Positions 49,339 through 61,147 of a DNA stretch of 64,000 bases are shown here, one piece after another. The notes under the pieces are model-generated. The model saw only the letters and a program-made list of their open reading frames with translations, was not told the origin of the DNA and did not search any database. Origin of the DNA: a virus (Duplodnaviria; Caudoviricetes); the IMG/VR virus record IMGVR_UViG_3300021255_002539, positions 350,061 through 414,060 of that record. One strand, given 5' to 3'. A program made the position numbers and the translations under genes. The stretch's first letter is position 1. Each line of letters begins with the position of its first letter.

Positions 49339-50001
49339 TCAGAGTGAGTTGACGTCATAGGGGCCAACATGCCTCTTCCTGAACCTCATAGTGAACCTGC
49401 CATCAACAGGTGCTATATCCCACACTATGTCCGTCAAATAGCCACAGTACAACCTGGTTGGCGACACATGACCATAGGCGTGGCACCCACACCCAATCTG
49501 CCCAGTGACAGAACCCCGCATTGTCTTGACAATATCCTTCCTCAAGGTTCCATGCCCAGACAAGTTCAATATGAGCGTGTTGTCCTCACCCAAGTCGCCT
49601 ATGTTGTACGAGGGGTTCGCCATGAACGAGAACTTGACCCCACCTTGATTGAACTTGAGTGTCTTGTTGCTGCCAACGCCAACAGCCAAAACCCCATTGT
49701 CATCATAGAGACTTTCAGAACACTCGTATGTTACCCTCTTGCCCCCTATCTTGTGGGTTATGTTCTCCAAACCGTTGACTTTGACAAGGGTTTCTTGATC
49801 ATCCGTGTAGATGACGAACAATGTCCCCTTCAAGGTCTGTGGTTGGTACTTGCGATATCCCAGCGACTGCATGTTGTCGTAGACCCTCGGGACATACAAC
49901 CTCATCGTGAAGTCATATTTGTCTATTACATGGGCGAAAGAAGCAAGGGAAACCAAGCCGGCGAACATGCCAACAACAACTGTCTTGATAATGGCGTTCA
50001 T
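49339..50001 (-). CDS. Secreted hypothetical protein
   Basis: Signal peptide ending ASFA; CGCHAYGHVSPTR motif; GGAGGTG RBS. Confidence 0.7.
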   Translation of the reverse strand: MNAIIKTVVVGMFAGLVSLASFAHVIDKYDFTMRLYVPRVYDNMQSLGYRKYQPQTLKGTLFVIYTDDQETLVKVNGLENITHKIGGKRVTYECSESLYDDNGVLAVGVGSNKTLKFNQGGVKFSFMANPSYNIGDLGEDNTLILNLSGHGTLRKDIVKTMRGSVTGQIGCGCHAYGHVSPTRLYCGYLTDIVWDIAPVDGRFTMRFRKRHVGPYDVNSL

Positions 50002-50141
50002 CGTATCACCTCCCCCAAATGGGCATTTGTAGATGAATCATCGTTGTTCAAGCATATTTACCATTCCGAAAAGATGACAAGTAGCAAGTTTTTCAACTAT
50101 TTGCCAAATGTCATATATTGGCGTGAATGGTAAATAGCAAT

Positions 50142-51995
50142 ATGGCTATAATACAAAGCAAAGAACCAAATGGATTGAGGATAGGCAGCCTGCAGAATGT
50201 GTATGCAGAGTCTATAATTCAAGAAGGATACATGAGGGACATGATACGTAGCTATGGCACGGACATCCGCTACTTCAAGCTCAAGACCCCATATCCAGAT
50301 CTGTTCAAGCCCATACTCGACACCAACAACCTGGCGATACATGCGTATGGCGAGGGCTATGTCCAGGAATGGGAGGACCCCATCAACATGATTGCGTTCC
50401 TGAAGTGGGACTCTGATGGCATCATATTGAACGCCTATGGCATCCAGCCAGACTCCAACCTCACGATGTGGCTGGATCAAACTGACTTCGCAATAGCACT
50501 CGCAAAGAAGCTCTCGCAATGGAGGGAATACAAGGTCACCGGGCATTCTGAGTTCATATTGGACTTCGACAGTGACGAGGATCTTATCAAGAACCGTGAC
50601 AACATTTCCATTGAGTTCAAGACAGACCTGTTCGATGGCGTGTTGACCGCACAGATCACCGACAGAGTACTTGACCAATTGCTGATTCCACAACCTTGCG
50701 AACAGATTAAGTCGCCATTGCCAATATCCATCCCATGCGTACTCCTGGATCACGGTGGACTCAAGATTGACACCGGGCGCATCAACCCACTGCTCTACAA
50801 GGGAAACCACTACGACCCATTTGAGGACGAGATGGTGGATTGCCATCTGCATCTGGAGGTGTTCTCAGTATAGAAGGACAGAATGGGGCGCATCAAGATA
50901 ATGGGTGGCATTCGGGGTGGCGTAATCTACCACGACACCACCGTGATTGGCAAGTACATCGACAAGATTCGCCCAGAGGTTGGGGACTTGATAGATGTCC
51001 CGGTCCCATCGGGCGACCCCAACAAGATTGAGGTATACAGGCAGAAGTACGAGATTGTCCAGATAGTCGAGACTGGGGCGAACGAGTCCACGATGAACCC
51101 ATTCCTGCGCAAGTACATATACGAGATATCGCTTCGGGCGTACATCTCCAGTGGATCTACAGAACCAGAAGAGACAGAGCAGAAGAAGGAAAAGCAAGAC
51201 CACCTGGACTTGATATCCCAGGCAGCAGAGGACGCGGCCAAGAAGTTGAGTCTGTACGAGGACGAGGAACACAATGTCTATGGTGGCTACCAGAGGGTAA
51301 ACAAGCGCACGACATCAAGTGTCCAAAGGGATGCATCCAAATCCACAATCAACGACTTCTACCCACCAGACAGCAAAACGGCGAAGACCCTCCCGAAGAA
51401 GCAAACAATCCCAGTGTTCGTGTTCAAGGACATGGGCATGGTGCTTTCGGTGGTTTCCGATCCCAAGAAGAACGAGAGCAGTCTGAAGCTATCCCCATTG
51501 AAGAAGTCCACCAAGAAGCCCTCCAACCACTTGGAGTACATCAGGGCAGACGACGACACCCTGTGCCTGGTGGACGGCACCCGCGCATACTTGCTTGCCG
51601 ACAGGTTCAAGATCCCAGTTATGGACGAAAACACCTACTGCATAACCCCAACAAAACTGATAACCCCAACCAGACTCAAGCATGAGGTATATGCGCAGAA
51701 GGGTGGATGGGCAGACCAACCATTCAACCTAGTCGACAGGGACGACGACCATCCATTGGACATGAACATCCAAGACTTGATTGGTAAGAACACCACTCCG
51801 GACGATTGGAAGAACCCATCAGAGAACAGACTTTGCTTCCCATACACCAACACCTACATGGAAGTGAAGTACGAAAGGGTTCACGGGACAGAATATCTCC
51901 CAGACATGGAGGTTTGGACTTGCTATGTCGTACTGGCGGGCGACGAAAAACATACCCAGATGCCAATTTGCGCCTACTTCAAGACGCCCCAATAA
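50142..51995 (+). CDS. Neck/head-completion protein (T4 gp14-like) with extensions; 1 in-frame TAG
   Basis: IRSYGTDIRYF, YGIQPDSNLTMW, RPEVGDLI and YEIVQIVE..YIYEISLRAY; the two track ORFs join at TAG 50871. Confidence 0.7.
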
Positions 51996-52310
51996 TCAAG
52001 CCTTCCCTGAGAGCTGCATTATCGCGTCAGACAACCTGTCCACGAACTCCTGATTCTGACCTCTGTCAATCACTTCGTTCAAGTCGTTGTAGACGGCCGT
52101 TATATTTGCCTTGTCTGACCCCCTCAACTGGCAAGACACGGCATTCCCTTGTGTATCCAATACTTGGCATTGTGGGTCGTTGTGCAAGACAGAGTGGCTC
52201 AACACCCCTCCAGCATCATGCCCAAGCACGCCGTAGATGTCCCCGCAGCCAATGTACTCCAGGTAGTCCTTGACTTCCTCAAGCAATACAATTAAATCCG
52301 AATTTGTCAT
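51996..52310 (-). CDS. Hypothetical late protein
   Basis: GTAAATA immediately upstream. Confidence 0.55.
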   Translation of the reverse strand: MTNSDLIVLLEEVKDYLEYIGCGDIYGVLGHDAGGVLSHSVLHNDPQCQVLDTQGNAVSCQLRGSDKANITAVYNDLNEVIDRGQNQEFVDRLSDAIMQLSGKA

Positions 52311-52329
52311 ACACATGTATTTACACAAA

Positions 52330-53448
52330 TTATGTCTTTCTACGGTCGGACGGAAACACCATCGTGTTCAGAATTTCACGTATGTACCATAGACCCTTTG
52401 TGAAGTTGTCCTTGCCGACCTTCCGCTTCTCGTTCGCGTCCTTTTCCTCAGTTGTCTGAATCTGCTTTACGAGTGTCTATAGATCGTTGTAGGTCATGGT
52501 GGACTCGTCCGAGAATATGCTTGCGCCATATTTCCACAGACACAGGCACTCCATCTGTACCACCAGGCCGTATATGCTTCTCAACATGCCATAGAACATG
52601 GAGTAGAACACATTCGAGTTGGGGATACCATAGCCAGTGTCAGCACCACATTGGGGGCAGCGCTCGGACGAAAAGCAATTCTCCAATCTGTTCACGAAGT
52701 AGCCAGTCACCTTCGAGAATATGCCACTTTCCTCGTCGAACATCACCATAGAGGGAATTGCGTTCAAACAGTCCAATCTGTCCTTGAACTCGTCCAGTTC
52801 GTCCATCTGAACAGACGCCTCTACCTGTCCAGACATCTCGTTCACGACATCCACTGAACGCACAAACGACAATATGTAGTGTATGCCCAATTGGGTCTGC
52901 TCCATCTGCTCGGTGACAGTCCCCAGTTCGTTGTAGAAATGCCGATACATGATGGAGACATCGTGCGTGGTAGGCCATCCCAGTCTGAACCTGTATATCC
53001 TGTGGCTCTTGTGCGGGATGTCAACAACCTGCTCGTCCACATATGCGTCTGGAATCTTCGCTATGTACTTGAACAAGTCGTATCTGTAGTTGATGTCCAC
53101 GCCGCACTTCGGGCACTTGAACTGAACAGAATCGCGGAAGAACGACACTTGGAAGAACACCATGAGGCAATACAGCCTGTCCAGGTCCGTGAACTTCGAC
53201 ACATCAACGCCGTCGGTCAGGAACATCGCCTACAGGTACTCTGTCACGGCGTCGTATATGACATCCATCTGCCTTCTGTTGAAGTTGTCTATGATGGTCT
53301 TGGCCACAGACTTCAACTCTGTCACGGTGGTCTCCCTCATCACCACTGTCCTTCCAGTGCTGGGAATGGTAACGGGGATTCTGTTCGTTGGCAATCCCTT
53401 GCTGAACAGAACCCCTCGCTGGTTCGGCTATGTCAGGTCTATTGCCAT
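52330..53448 (-). CDS. Baseplate hub protein (T4 gp26-like); 3 in-frame TAGs
   Basis: IPSTGRTVVMRETTVTE.K, T..DRLY, FKCPKCG, GWPT and CPQCG; TGATG-coupled to the upstream paralog. Confidence 0.75.
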
Positions 53449-54440
53449 CAGCCTCCAAGGAAGTCGGTGAGGTTCGCCACCTGACCCTCTTGCTCCGCTC
53501 CACAATATGCGCAGTCCCTGTGCTTGAACACCTTGTTCATCGGCTCCACGTATTCAGCGATGATCTTGGAGACCACGCCGGTGGAATCGTCGAACATGAC
53601 GCTTTGTGGGAGGCAATCCACTATCTGCACCCTCTCGCCATATGTCATGTCCTCGACATCTGCTGTCATCGAGTCCTCTGGGTCGTCCACATCGGAAACA
53701 GTCACAGACTTGACGAACATCGTGATGTACTCAATCTGAGAGAGGTTGTCCATGGACTCCTTGATTGCCTTGCCAGAGTTGTCGTACTTCCTGTAGTAGT
53801 TCTTGAAGAAGTCCTCCACAGAAGCAACCTTCGGCCAACCTGTGGTGAAGGTGAACTTGCGTATCCCAGACTCGATTTCAAACGCCTTGTCTGGCCTATA
53901 GGTCTTGGAGAACTCCCTGAGCATCTTCGCCGTGTCGAGCGTGTATGCGTTCTCCCTACCGCACTTTGGGCATGTGTACTTGATTTCTGGGTTCAACTTG
54001 TTCATCTGCTGGAGGTTCAAGGTAACCAATATGCGCTCGAACTCAGTGTAGTTCCTGATGTCAAAACCCTTCTCTGTCGCCAGCTTGTTGATTAGGTTCA
54101 ACATGGCGCAGTACATCAAGTCTGAGCGGGAATTGCTCTGCATCGCAATCTTCGACATCTCCTTCTGCTCAGATGTCGAGATTTCCCTGAACTCCACCGT
54201 CTTGCCGATGCTTTGCATCTCGATGGGGGTGGTCGCGTTCGCCATCTTCTGGCGGAATGCGTTTACGATGTTGCTTGCGCTGGTTGGCTTCTTCTTGGTC
54301 TTCTCCACGGGAATCGTCTTGAGCGGTTCACTGGGTCTCGCCGAGGATACCTCCTTGTTCAGTTCCTCGTTCACCAGGTTCTTCGTCATGTCGGCGTCCT
54401 AGGTGGCCTCGTCCTTGTAGTGTGTAATTGGTGGTTGCAT
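53448..54440 (-). CDS. Baseplate hub protein (T4 gp26-like) paralog; N-terminal extension through 1 TAG
   Basis: SIGKTVEFREISTSEQK, YTCPKCG, GWPKV and DCAYCG motifs. Confidence 0.75.
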
Positions 54441-54480
54441 GTTGTATATGTCCTCTTCTTTGCTGTTTTAATGGTTGTTG

Positions 54481-55272
54481 TTATTTGCCAGCCTTCTGCC
54501 TCTTTGCTGGCTTCGCCTTCTGGGGTTTTGCCTTCTGCTTGCTGTTCCCCTCGTCTGCCTTTTCGTCTGCGTCAGACTTGCCATCGCCAGAACCTTCTGG
54601 TGGCTGGTTGGTGGCAATCTTCTGCTGCTCCATGTTCTGAAGTTCTGACATGAAGGAATTGAGCTTCCTCATGTGCTCCCGCTTCGCCTTGTTGTTCTCA
54701 CGGTTGATGATGTCCACCCTCCGCTTGAACCTCTCCATGACCTCCTCTGAGCGGAGCCACATGTCGGTGCCATTCAGAACCGACTGAATCTCCTTCTTCG
54801 TGAGGAAGTGCTTGTAGATCTCGTTGAAGAAGTCCTCCAGCCAGGGGTTGAAGAACTCCTCGCTCTTCTTCAGGTCGGACTGCTTGCCAATCTGAATCCC
54901 AGACGATGTGTGAATCATCATGTGCGCGAACGGATAGCAATACATGCCATCGCAAGCCAGAGCAACCATCGTGGCGGCAGAGCAACACGAGGACTCGATT
55001 TGGCAAAGCACCTGCGCCTGACACATCTTGATTTGCGTGACGATTTGAAGCGCGGTCCACAGGCTCCCTCCCGGCGAGTTGATGTGGACGACCACTACAT
55101 CGTCCTCGCTGGCTGACTGAAGTATGTCGAACCACTTCATGAAGCTCCTCGGTTCGCCAATCTCGTCAATCAGCCACAGGTGAAATACATTCTTCGTCTG
55201 CTTCCCGAACGACACAAGGTTGTCCTTGTCGAAGTCGGTGTCAATGTCCAGTCCTGGCAATATTCCCTTCAT
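54481..55272 (-). CDS. clpP: ClpP-like protease
   Basis: VHINSPGG, CCSAAT, MMIH and DMWL motifs. Confidence 0.88.
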   Translation of the reverse strand: MKGILPGLDIDTDFDKDNLVSFGKQTKNVFHLWLIDEIGEPRSFMKWFDILQSASEDDVVVVHINSPGGSLWTALQIVTQIKMCQAQVLCQIESSCCSAATMVALACDGMYCYPFAHMMIHTSSGIQIGKQSDLKKSEEFFNPWLEDFFNEIYKHFLTKKEIQSVLNGTDMWLRSEEVMERFKRRVDIINRENNKAKREHMRKLNSFMSELQNMEQQKIATNQPPEGSGDGKSDADEKADEGNSKQKAKPQKAKPAKRQKAGK

Positions 55273-55381
55273 ATATTTGTGATCTCCCTCTTTTGGGTGT
55301 TGTTTAATTTCCTTGCTACAATTATACAAGAAAACGCAAACAAGGTAAATATAACAAGGGAGGAAGGAAGAAAAACATTCG

Positions 55382-55819
55382 ATGAGAAAGCGAAAAAACC
55401 CAAAGGAAGAGTTCAGAAAGTCGGACGAATGGTTGGACTTCCGCAGAAAGATTGCAGAGTCCTTCGCCAACAAGGATCCAATCACCAGGAAAAGGCTGGC
55501 AAAGGGCTTCAATATCCACCACATGAGGACAAATCAGGATTTGGAGGGCTATTGCGACCTGTCCAGGGAGGACGAATTCGTGCCATTGAACAGATACACC
55601 CACAAGCTCCTCCACTACCTGTTCACGTACTACAAGCAGGACAAGGACATTCTGAACAGAGTGAAAGATGCCCTGGACAGAATGTGCGAATTGGCGTCTG
55701 ACGCCACAACAACACCAAAACACAACACAGAATATGTCGAAGAAAAGCAAACTCGAACGCAAGGAGAGGAAACAGCAAAGGAAACAGGAGCAAGTGGAGG
55801 AGAACAAGCAGGTATTTGA
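55382..55819 (+). CDS. HNH-like protein
   Basis: W.DFR...DPIT...NIHH...FVPLN..THKLLH. Confidence 0.6.
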   Translation: MRKRKNPKEEFRKSDEWLDFRRKIAESFANKDPITRKRLAKGFNIHHMRTNQDLEGYCDLSREDEFVPLNRYTHKLLHYLFTYYKQDKDILNRVKDALDRMCELASDATTTPKHNTEYVEEKQTRTQGEETAKETGASGGEQAGI

Positions 55820-56144
55820 CGTTATGACCCTGCTCAGAGACGAGAAACTGGACACAAAACCGAATTTCGCCAAGTTCCTGGAGACATATGTCAGGGATGT
55901 GCGGGTTTGCGTTGGGAGCAAGATACAGTTCTACCCAACATTGAAGTACGACACGCGGAAGATCTTCGTCACCTTCTTGGATGGTCACGAGTTGGTGATG
56001 TTCGTATAGCTGGACTTCCCAACGCAAGAGAGGTACTATCTGGAGTACGATTTCGAGTCAATTGAACTGAAGCCCAAGGAAAGGGAATTGGTGGAGGCGT
56101 TCTTCCAGAAGTTGATTGAGTTCAAATTCGTGAGGATTGTGTAA
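55734..56144 (+). CDS. Hypothetical protein with 1 in-frame TAG
   Basis: MSKKSKLE...LVMFV*LDFPTQERYYLEY...IV TAA. Confidence 0.65.
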
Positions 56145-56173
56145 ATATATATAATCAATTGAGGTAAAACGAC

Positions 56174-57382
56174 ATGATTAATATTAACAAATTGGTGACG
56201 AGCAGCATTGTAATAACAACGGGTCCTGTGGATGATGGAAAAACCAGGGTCAAGTACACTACAGAAAGTGGACACTCTGACTGGGAAGGAGACATTGTTG
56301 GAGAGTTGACAAGCAGTTCAATCCCAAACAAGGAACATATAGAAGAAGTAGAGATTGGAAGCCATGTGACGAGCATCGGGCATGAAGCGTTCTATGAGTG
56401 CACCGGGCTTACGAGTGTGACGATACCTGATAGTGTGACAAACATCGGGGAGTGGGCGTTCTAGCTTTGCAGCGGTTTGACGAGCGTGACGATTGGCAAC
56501 AATGTTAAACGCATCGAGGAGGGTGTGTTCTTTAATTGCAACGGGCTTACGAGCGTAACGATATCCGATAGTGTTACAAGCATCTGGAATAAAGCGTTCG
56601 CATGGTGTAGCAGACTTACAAGTGCAACATTTGAAGGAAAGACGATTGCCCAAATATAGGCAATGGATTATTATGATAAATGGTTTGCAAATTCTGGGCC
56701 AAACGGTTCTGTGACATTGATATGCACAGATGGTTCAATCACAGTAACGCAGTCTTGCTTCCTCAAAGGCACTGACATCCTTCTTGCAGACAATACCACG
56801 AAGAAGATTGAAGACCTCACATACGACGACATTCTCAAAGTCTGGGACTTCGACGAAGGTCAATTGGGTTCTGCAAAGGTATGCTGGCTGACGAGACCTG
56901 GACTTACAAGCGACCACTACTACCAGCTCACATTTGACAATGGAACCGTCCTCAAAACCACAGGAATCAACTCCAACCACAGGATATTCTCTGTTGACCA
57001 AAGCAAGTTCACGAATGTTGCTGATGCGAAGGTCGGGGACAAGGTGTTCTCAATAGACGGAACGCTGACCATAACGGATGTCAAGTATGTGGAAGAGGAA
57101 TGCGAGTACTACAATGTCATGACCTCTGGCAAGATAAACTGCTTCGCAAATGGCATCTTGACTTCCGACAGATATGGCAACCTCTATCCAATAGTTGACA
57201 TGAAGTATGTCAAGGATGGGAGAAGCATTCGTCCATACAGCGAGTATGAAGCTGCTGGCATTGACAAGTACTGGTATGACAACCTCAGGCTTGGTGAAAA
57301 CACCGAGACCGTTGAGAAGTCCAAGGAATATGTCTGGAAGTGCCTTGGTCAGATGCTTCCTTTGCCAGAAGCGAAGAATTGA
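56174..57382 (+). CDS. BspA LRR fused to a Hint (intein/Hedgehog-like) autoprocessing domain; 2 in-frame TAGs
   Basis: Three track ORFs join at TAG 56462 and 56657; QSCFLKGTDILLAD, NHRI and EYYNV..NCFANGILT motifs. Confidence 0.85.
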
Positions 57383-57411
57383 AAACAGGAACAGTACAAT
57401 CCCAACAAAGA

Positions 57412-57443
57412 AGACCACCATCAACTTGGTGGTCTCTCTTTTT
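57412..57443. terminator. Bidirectional intrinsic terminator
   Basis: agaccacca-tcaact-tggtggtct-ctttttt. Confidence 0.8.
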
Positions 57444-57449
57444 GTCGCG

Positions 57450-57785
57450 TCACCTGGAATGTGATCTCAATATCCTGATGTTGATGCTTCTGCCCGGCAT
57501 CTCGAATCCAAGTTGATCTGCACCAGAACCCATGGCAGCAACACCCATGCTGTCCCCATACCCCTTTTCGTTCAGCTCTGCCACCATTCTGTCCAATTCC
57601 ATGTCAGAATATGTAAAGTCGGTGTTGTTCTCGTCAGCCAGCCAGTCGAAGCCACCCAAAGAGTCATCGTAAAGCCCGATATGGATTCCAAGTTCAGAAT
57701 TTGGCAATGGCGTGTCCTGCGAACAAGCCTTGAACAACCCGGGTCTCAGGTTTCTGTCCCACGCCAATGGGTTTCGATATGCCAT
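57450..57785 (-). CDS. Hypothetical protein downstream of the portal
   Basis: GAGG RBS; co-oriented with the portal. Confidence 0.55.
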   Translation of the reverse strand: MAYRNPLAWDRNLRPGLFKACSQDTPLPNSELGIHIGLYDDSLGGFDWLADENNTDFTYSDMELDRMVAELNEKGYGDSMGVAAMGSGADQLGFEMPGRSINIRILRSHSR

Positions 57786-57804
57786 CCTCAATCAACCTCC
57801 ATCA

Positions 57805-59748
57805 TCAACCAAATGGATTCTCGTCTCCCCCACCTTCGTCATCTTCTTCTGCTCCACCACCATCGTCTGCTCCACCTTCATCTTCTTCTCCCTCGCCACC
57901 TTCCCCGTCAGCATTCTGCTCATCCTCGGTGTTGACGGTTATCCTGCCAGGCGTGAGCATGTTGGCAGTCAGGATGTTCTCCAGGGAGGATATGGAGAGA
58001 GTCTTCATCTTCGTGAGCATCGTTTCGTTGAACTCGCCGCCCATGTACTTCTCGCCAATGCCCTCGACCAAGGCAGCCATTATCGCGTCGAACAACCTGT
58101 ACTTGTTCATGTCGCTTATCTCGTCGTCGGTCATGCCGAGGATGTTCTTCTGCGCCCAGGTCTTGGAGAACTCGTCCCGGTCTGCGTACTTCGCGTACAA
58201 GTCCATCTTCTGGGAAATCTCCTGGTTTGAGATGAACTTGGAGTAGACATATGGTGGCGTGAACTCCACATAGAAGTCGCTTTCCTTCAACTGATGCTGC
58301 TGCCAAATGCCCCGAAGCTTCAAATGTACTATGAAGGAATCCTGCAGAGCCTTTGCGAACTTCATCTGGATGCCCAATATCAACTTCGAGAACGAGAATT
58401 CCTCCTGAGTTATCTCTGTGGATGCCCTGTACGAATTGGATTCCAGGTTGTCGTATCTGGTGTAGGGGACGCCAAACTGCTTGATGAGCCTTTTGAGGAA
58501 GTACTTCAAGTCCTCGATCTGGTCATATTGGGCGGTGGATTCGACTGTGCTTACAGTAGTGCCCTCGTTCGCATTCGGCTTCGGGAACACCCAACTGTCC
58601 AACATCGAGCTGGGGTTGTAGGTCTTGCCAATCATGGAGTTGTTGGACTGACGGTCAATCTTGGCAACCTTCTTCTCAGAGAGCTTGTTGGCGAACCTTC
58701 TCACGTACTCGTGCGCGACCTTGTCTGCCATGCCACCAGTCGCGATGTTGAAAAGCAGTCTCTGTGGTGCCCTGGTGACCCTCAATATCACGGCAGCATC
58801 CTGAAGCAGCACCAATTGGTAGTATGCCTGCTTCACGCCCTCAATGATGGAGTATGTCACTCGGCCATTAGGGGACTTCTTGTCGTGGGAGAAGTAGGTG
58901 ATTTGCGGGAACAGGAAGGGAACCACATTCTGGGCAGAGCTGAAGTCCAATCCCCTGTAGCCATTCGTGTAAATGGTGTTGAATATGGCAGAGTTCTGAG
59001 AGTAGTATGCCGACAAAGTGTACTGCAGTTCTTGCGCGTACTTGTCCAGATCGAAGTAGATGCCACAATTGTCTCCAGTGGCTTGGTTGATGAGGATGTC
59101 GTAGAAGTCGTTGCGCAGACGTTTCACGCCAATGATGCCCAGCGACGGAATCTCGTGGTTGATGATGTTCTCCCATGCAACCTCGCCCTCAATCACATAT
59201 GTCCTGATGATGTCGACGATGTTGTTCCTGATGTCGAAGAGCTTGATGAAGTTGTCGAATTCCTTCTATATGAGGTTCTGAGTCTGTTGGTTCAGCTTGT
59301 CAGATATGTCCTGGGAGAAGTTGAGGCGGATGAATTCGCCAGTAGAGGACACAGTGAGGAAGTCAGACGCAATCTCGTTGATGCACCAGTTGCACTCTGG
59401 GAACTCGGAAATCGCCCGATATTGCCACAGCCTCTGCTGCTTGTCTGTTATGAGTGGGATGTAGTTGTGGTCGAATTCGTCCGAGACATACCCAAAGAAG
59501 GCGGTCGATATCCCAGGGTTCTAAAGCGAGACAATCCCCTGCTTGTCCACAATCTTCTCGATCTTGGAGGTGTATGCCTTGAAGGTCTCGAAGTTCCGGT
59601 TCTAGGCGAGTATCTGTATTCTGTCCTGGGTTTCTTGGTTCGTGCCAGCAACATTCGATGTCCCCTGAGCCTAGAGGGTGAGCTTGTTCGCCCTGTCAAC
59701 CGGGGACGCTGAATTGGTCAATACGCTATGGTTTGTGTTCGTCGACAT
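57805..59748 (-). CDS. Portal vertex protein (T4 gp20-like), 647 aa, 4 in-frame TAGs
   Basis: YRAISEFPEC..INEI, LLQDAAVILRVTRAPQR..F.I, GTTVST, IEDLKYF and EITQEE..FSK; the N-terminal third is recovered only by TAG readthrough. Confidence 0.92.
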
Positions 59749-59796
59749 CTCAATGTACTTTCCTTATGTCAATTATACGAACTCTATTTACCATTA

Positions 59797-60609
59797 TTAT
59801 CCACATTCGCTCGTCAGTATCTCGACATTGGCGTACTTGTTGAAGTCGGAATCCCATCCAGACACTGCGTATATGGAATTGGCGTCCTCCCCATTGCCCG
59901 CGTGGTTTACCTCTATTCCAAAGATTCTGTCCCCATTCTCCAGTCTGCGCCTCAAAGCACCTAAGTCAGAACACCAGGGTTCAAGGTAGAGGTCCTGACA
60001 CACGCCAGACGCAATCAAGTCCTCGGTGTTCTTGATGGTGTCCAGGGTTATCTCGTACAGGGAGGAACTCAAGTCGTTGGTGAAACTGAACCTTTCCGAA
60101 CTCCCACAGCACTTCACTATGTTCTGAACCACATCCCTTCTGTAGTCGTCGTCGGACACGCCACGTGCATGCCAAGGCCGTATTCTGCCCATGGTGGATT
60201 CTGGCACAGTCACATGCGAGGTGTAGAGGGGGACATCCACAACGATTTCGTCGGGCTTCGAGGAAACGATGGTGTCTTGGGGGATGTGCCAACTGGGATC
60301 CCACCTCATGATATACTGCCTGAACTTGTTGCATTCCTCGACCCCAGTTATTGTATCCCTCCTGACGCCATATGTCAACCTGCCCAGAAACAGAAGGACA
60401 TAGTTGTTGAGGCAATACTCCATGTTCGTGATGTTGCGCCTCTTGACGCCATTCAAGTACGACTTCTTGTTCTGCTCCTCGTACTCTGGGTTCTCTATGC
60501 ATGCCCTCGCCACATCCTTCACGAACTTGGAGAACTTGTACCCCTTCTGCAGAACAACGATGAACGAGCTGGAACTGGAATTGCTTACATAGTCAGTGCG
60601 TATCTTCAT
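59797..60609 (-). CDS. NSSSSS-tag family protein 3
   Basis: Starts MKIRTDYVSNSSSSSFI. Confidence 0.8.
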   Translation of the reverse strand: MKIRTDYVSNSSSSSFIVVLQKGYKFSKFVKDVARACIENPEYEEQNKKSYLNGVKRRNITNMEYCLNNYVLLFLGRLTYGVRRDTITGVEECNKFRQYIMRWDPSWHIPQDTIVSSKPDEIVVDVPLYTSHVTVPESTMGRIRPWHARGVSDDDYRRDVVQNIVKCCGSSERFSFTNDLSSSLYEITLDTIKNTEDLIASGVCQDLYLEPWCSDLGALRRRLENGDRIFGIEVNHAGNGEDANSIYAVSGWDSDFNKYANVEILTSECG

Positions 60610-61087
60610 GGGATTCAGAAACCTCCAATTTGTCCAGAATCTTGCCAAAGAAGGAGTCGTTTTTCTCGGGTGGGAATGTCTGCTCGGAATCGCTGGCGTC
60701 TGGCTCAAACCCAAACTTCTTGAAGTACTTGTAGAGGAACACGAGGTACATCATGCCAGTGTGATCCCAATCTGAGCAATTGAAAGACAGCGAAACGATG
60801 TCCTCGGGGTTCTTGGGTGTGGCATGGGTGTCGGTTTCGCAATCGTACTCACCCTGAATGTAGATTTCACCAAAGTGATCTGGCGACATCCAGTCATGCC
60901 ACTCGTCCTCTGAGCCCCTCTCGATGACGCCAACATTGAAAGTCTCGCCCAAAGAGTCTGCGCCATAACAGTTGTTCAAGTATTCGCCGAAGTCGTCCAG
61001 GAACATCTTGGCGGCCTTCGCAGCATCTTTGTTGATGACGAAAGACGAAGATGAGCTGTTGCTGACATAGTCTGTGCGTACCTTCAT
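60593..61087 (-). CDS. NSSSSS-tag family protein 4
   Basis: Starts MKVRTDYVSNSSSSSFV. Confidence 0.8.
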   Translation of the reverse strand: MKVRTDYVSNSSSSSFVINKDAAKAAKMFLDDFGEYLNNCYGADSLGETFNVGVIERGSEDEWHDWMSPDHFGEIYIQGEYDCETDTHATPKNPEDIVSLSFNCSDWDHTGMMYLVFLYKYFKKFGFEPDASDSEQTFPPEKNDSFFGKILDKLEVSESHEDTH

Positions 61088-61147
61088 TCTGATACCTCCT
61101 CTACATCCATATTATACCACTTTTGGCGCAATATGTAAAGCAACCTA

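Noticed and set aside
58294-59712. Long plus-strand ORF (472 aa) and similar antisense ORFs (174-911, 43499-44353, 47451-48554)
   Set aside because: They are shadows of well-supported genes on the opposite strand and have no motifs or RBS.
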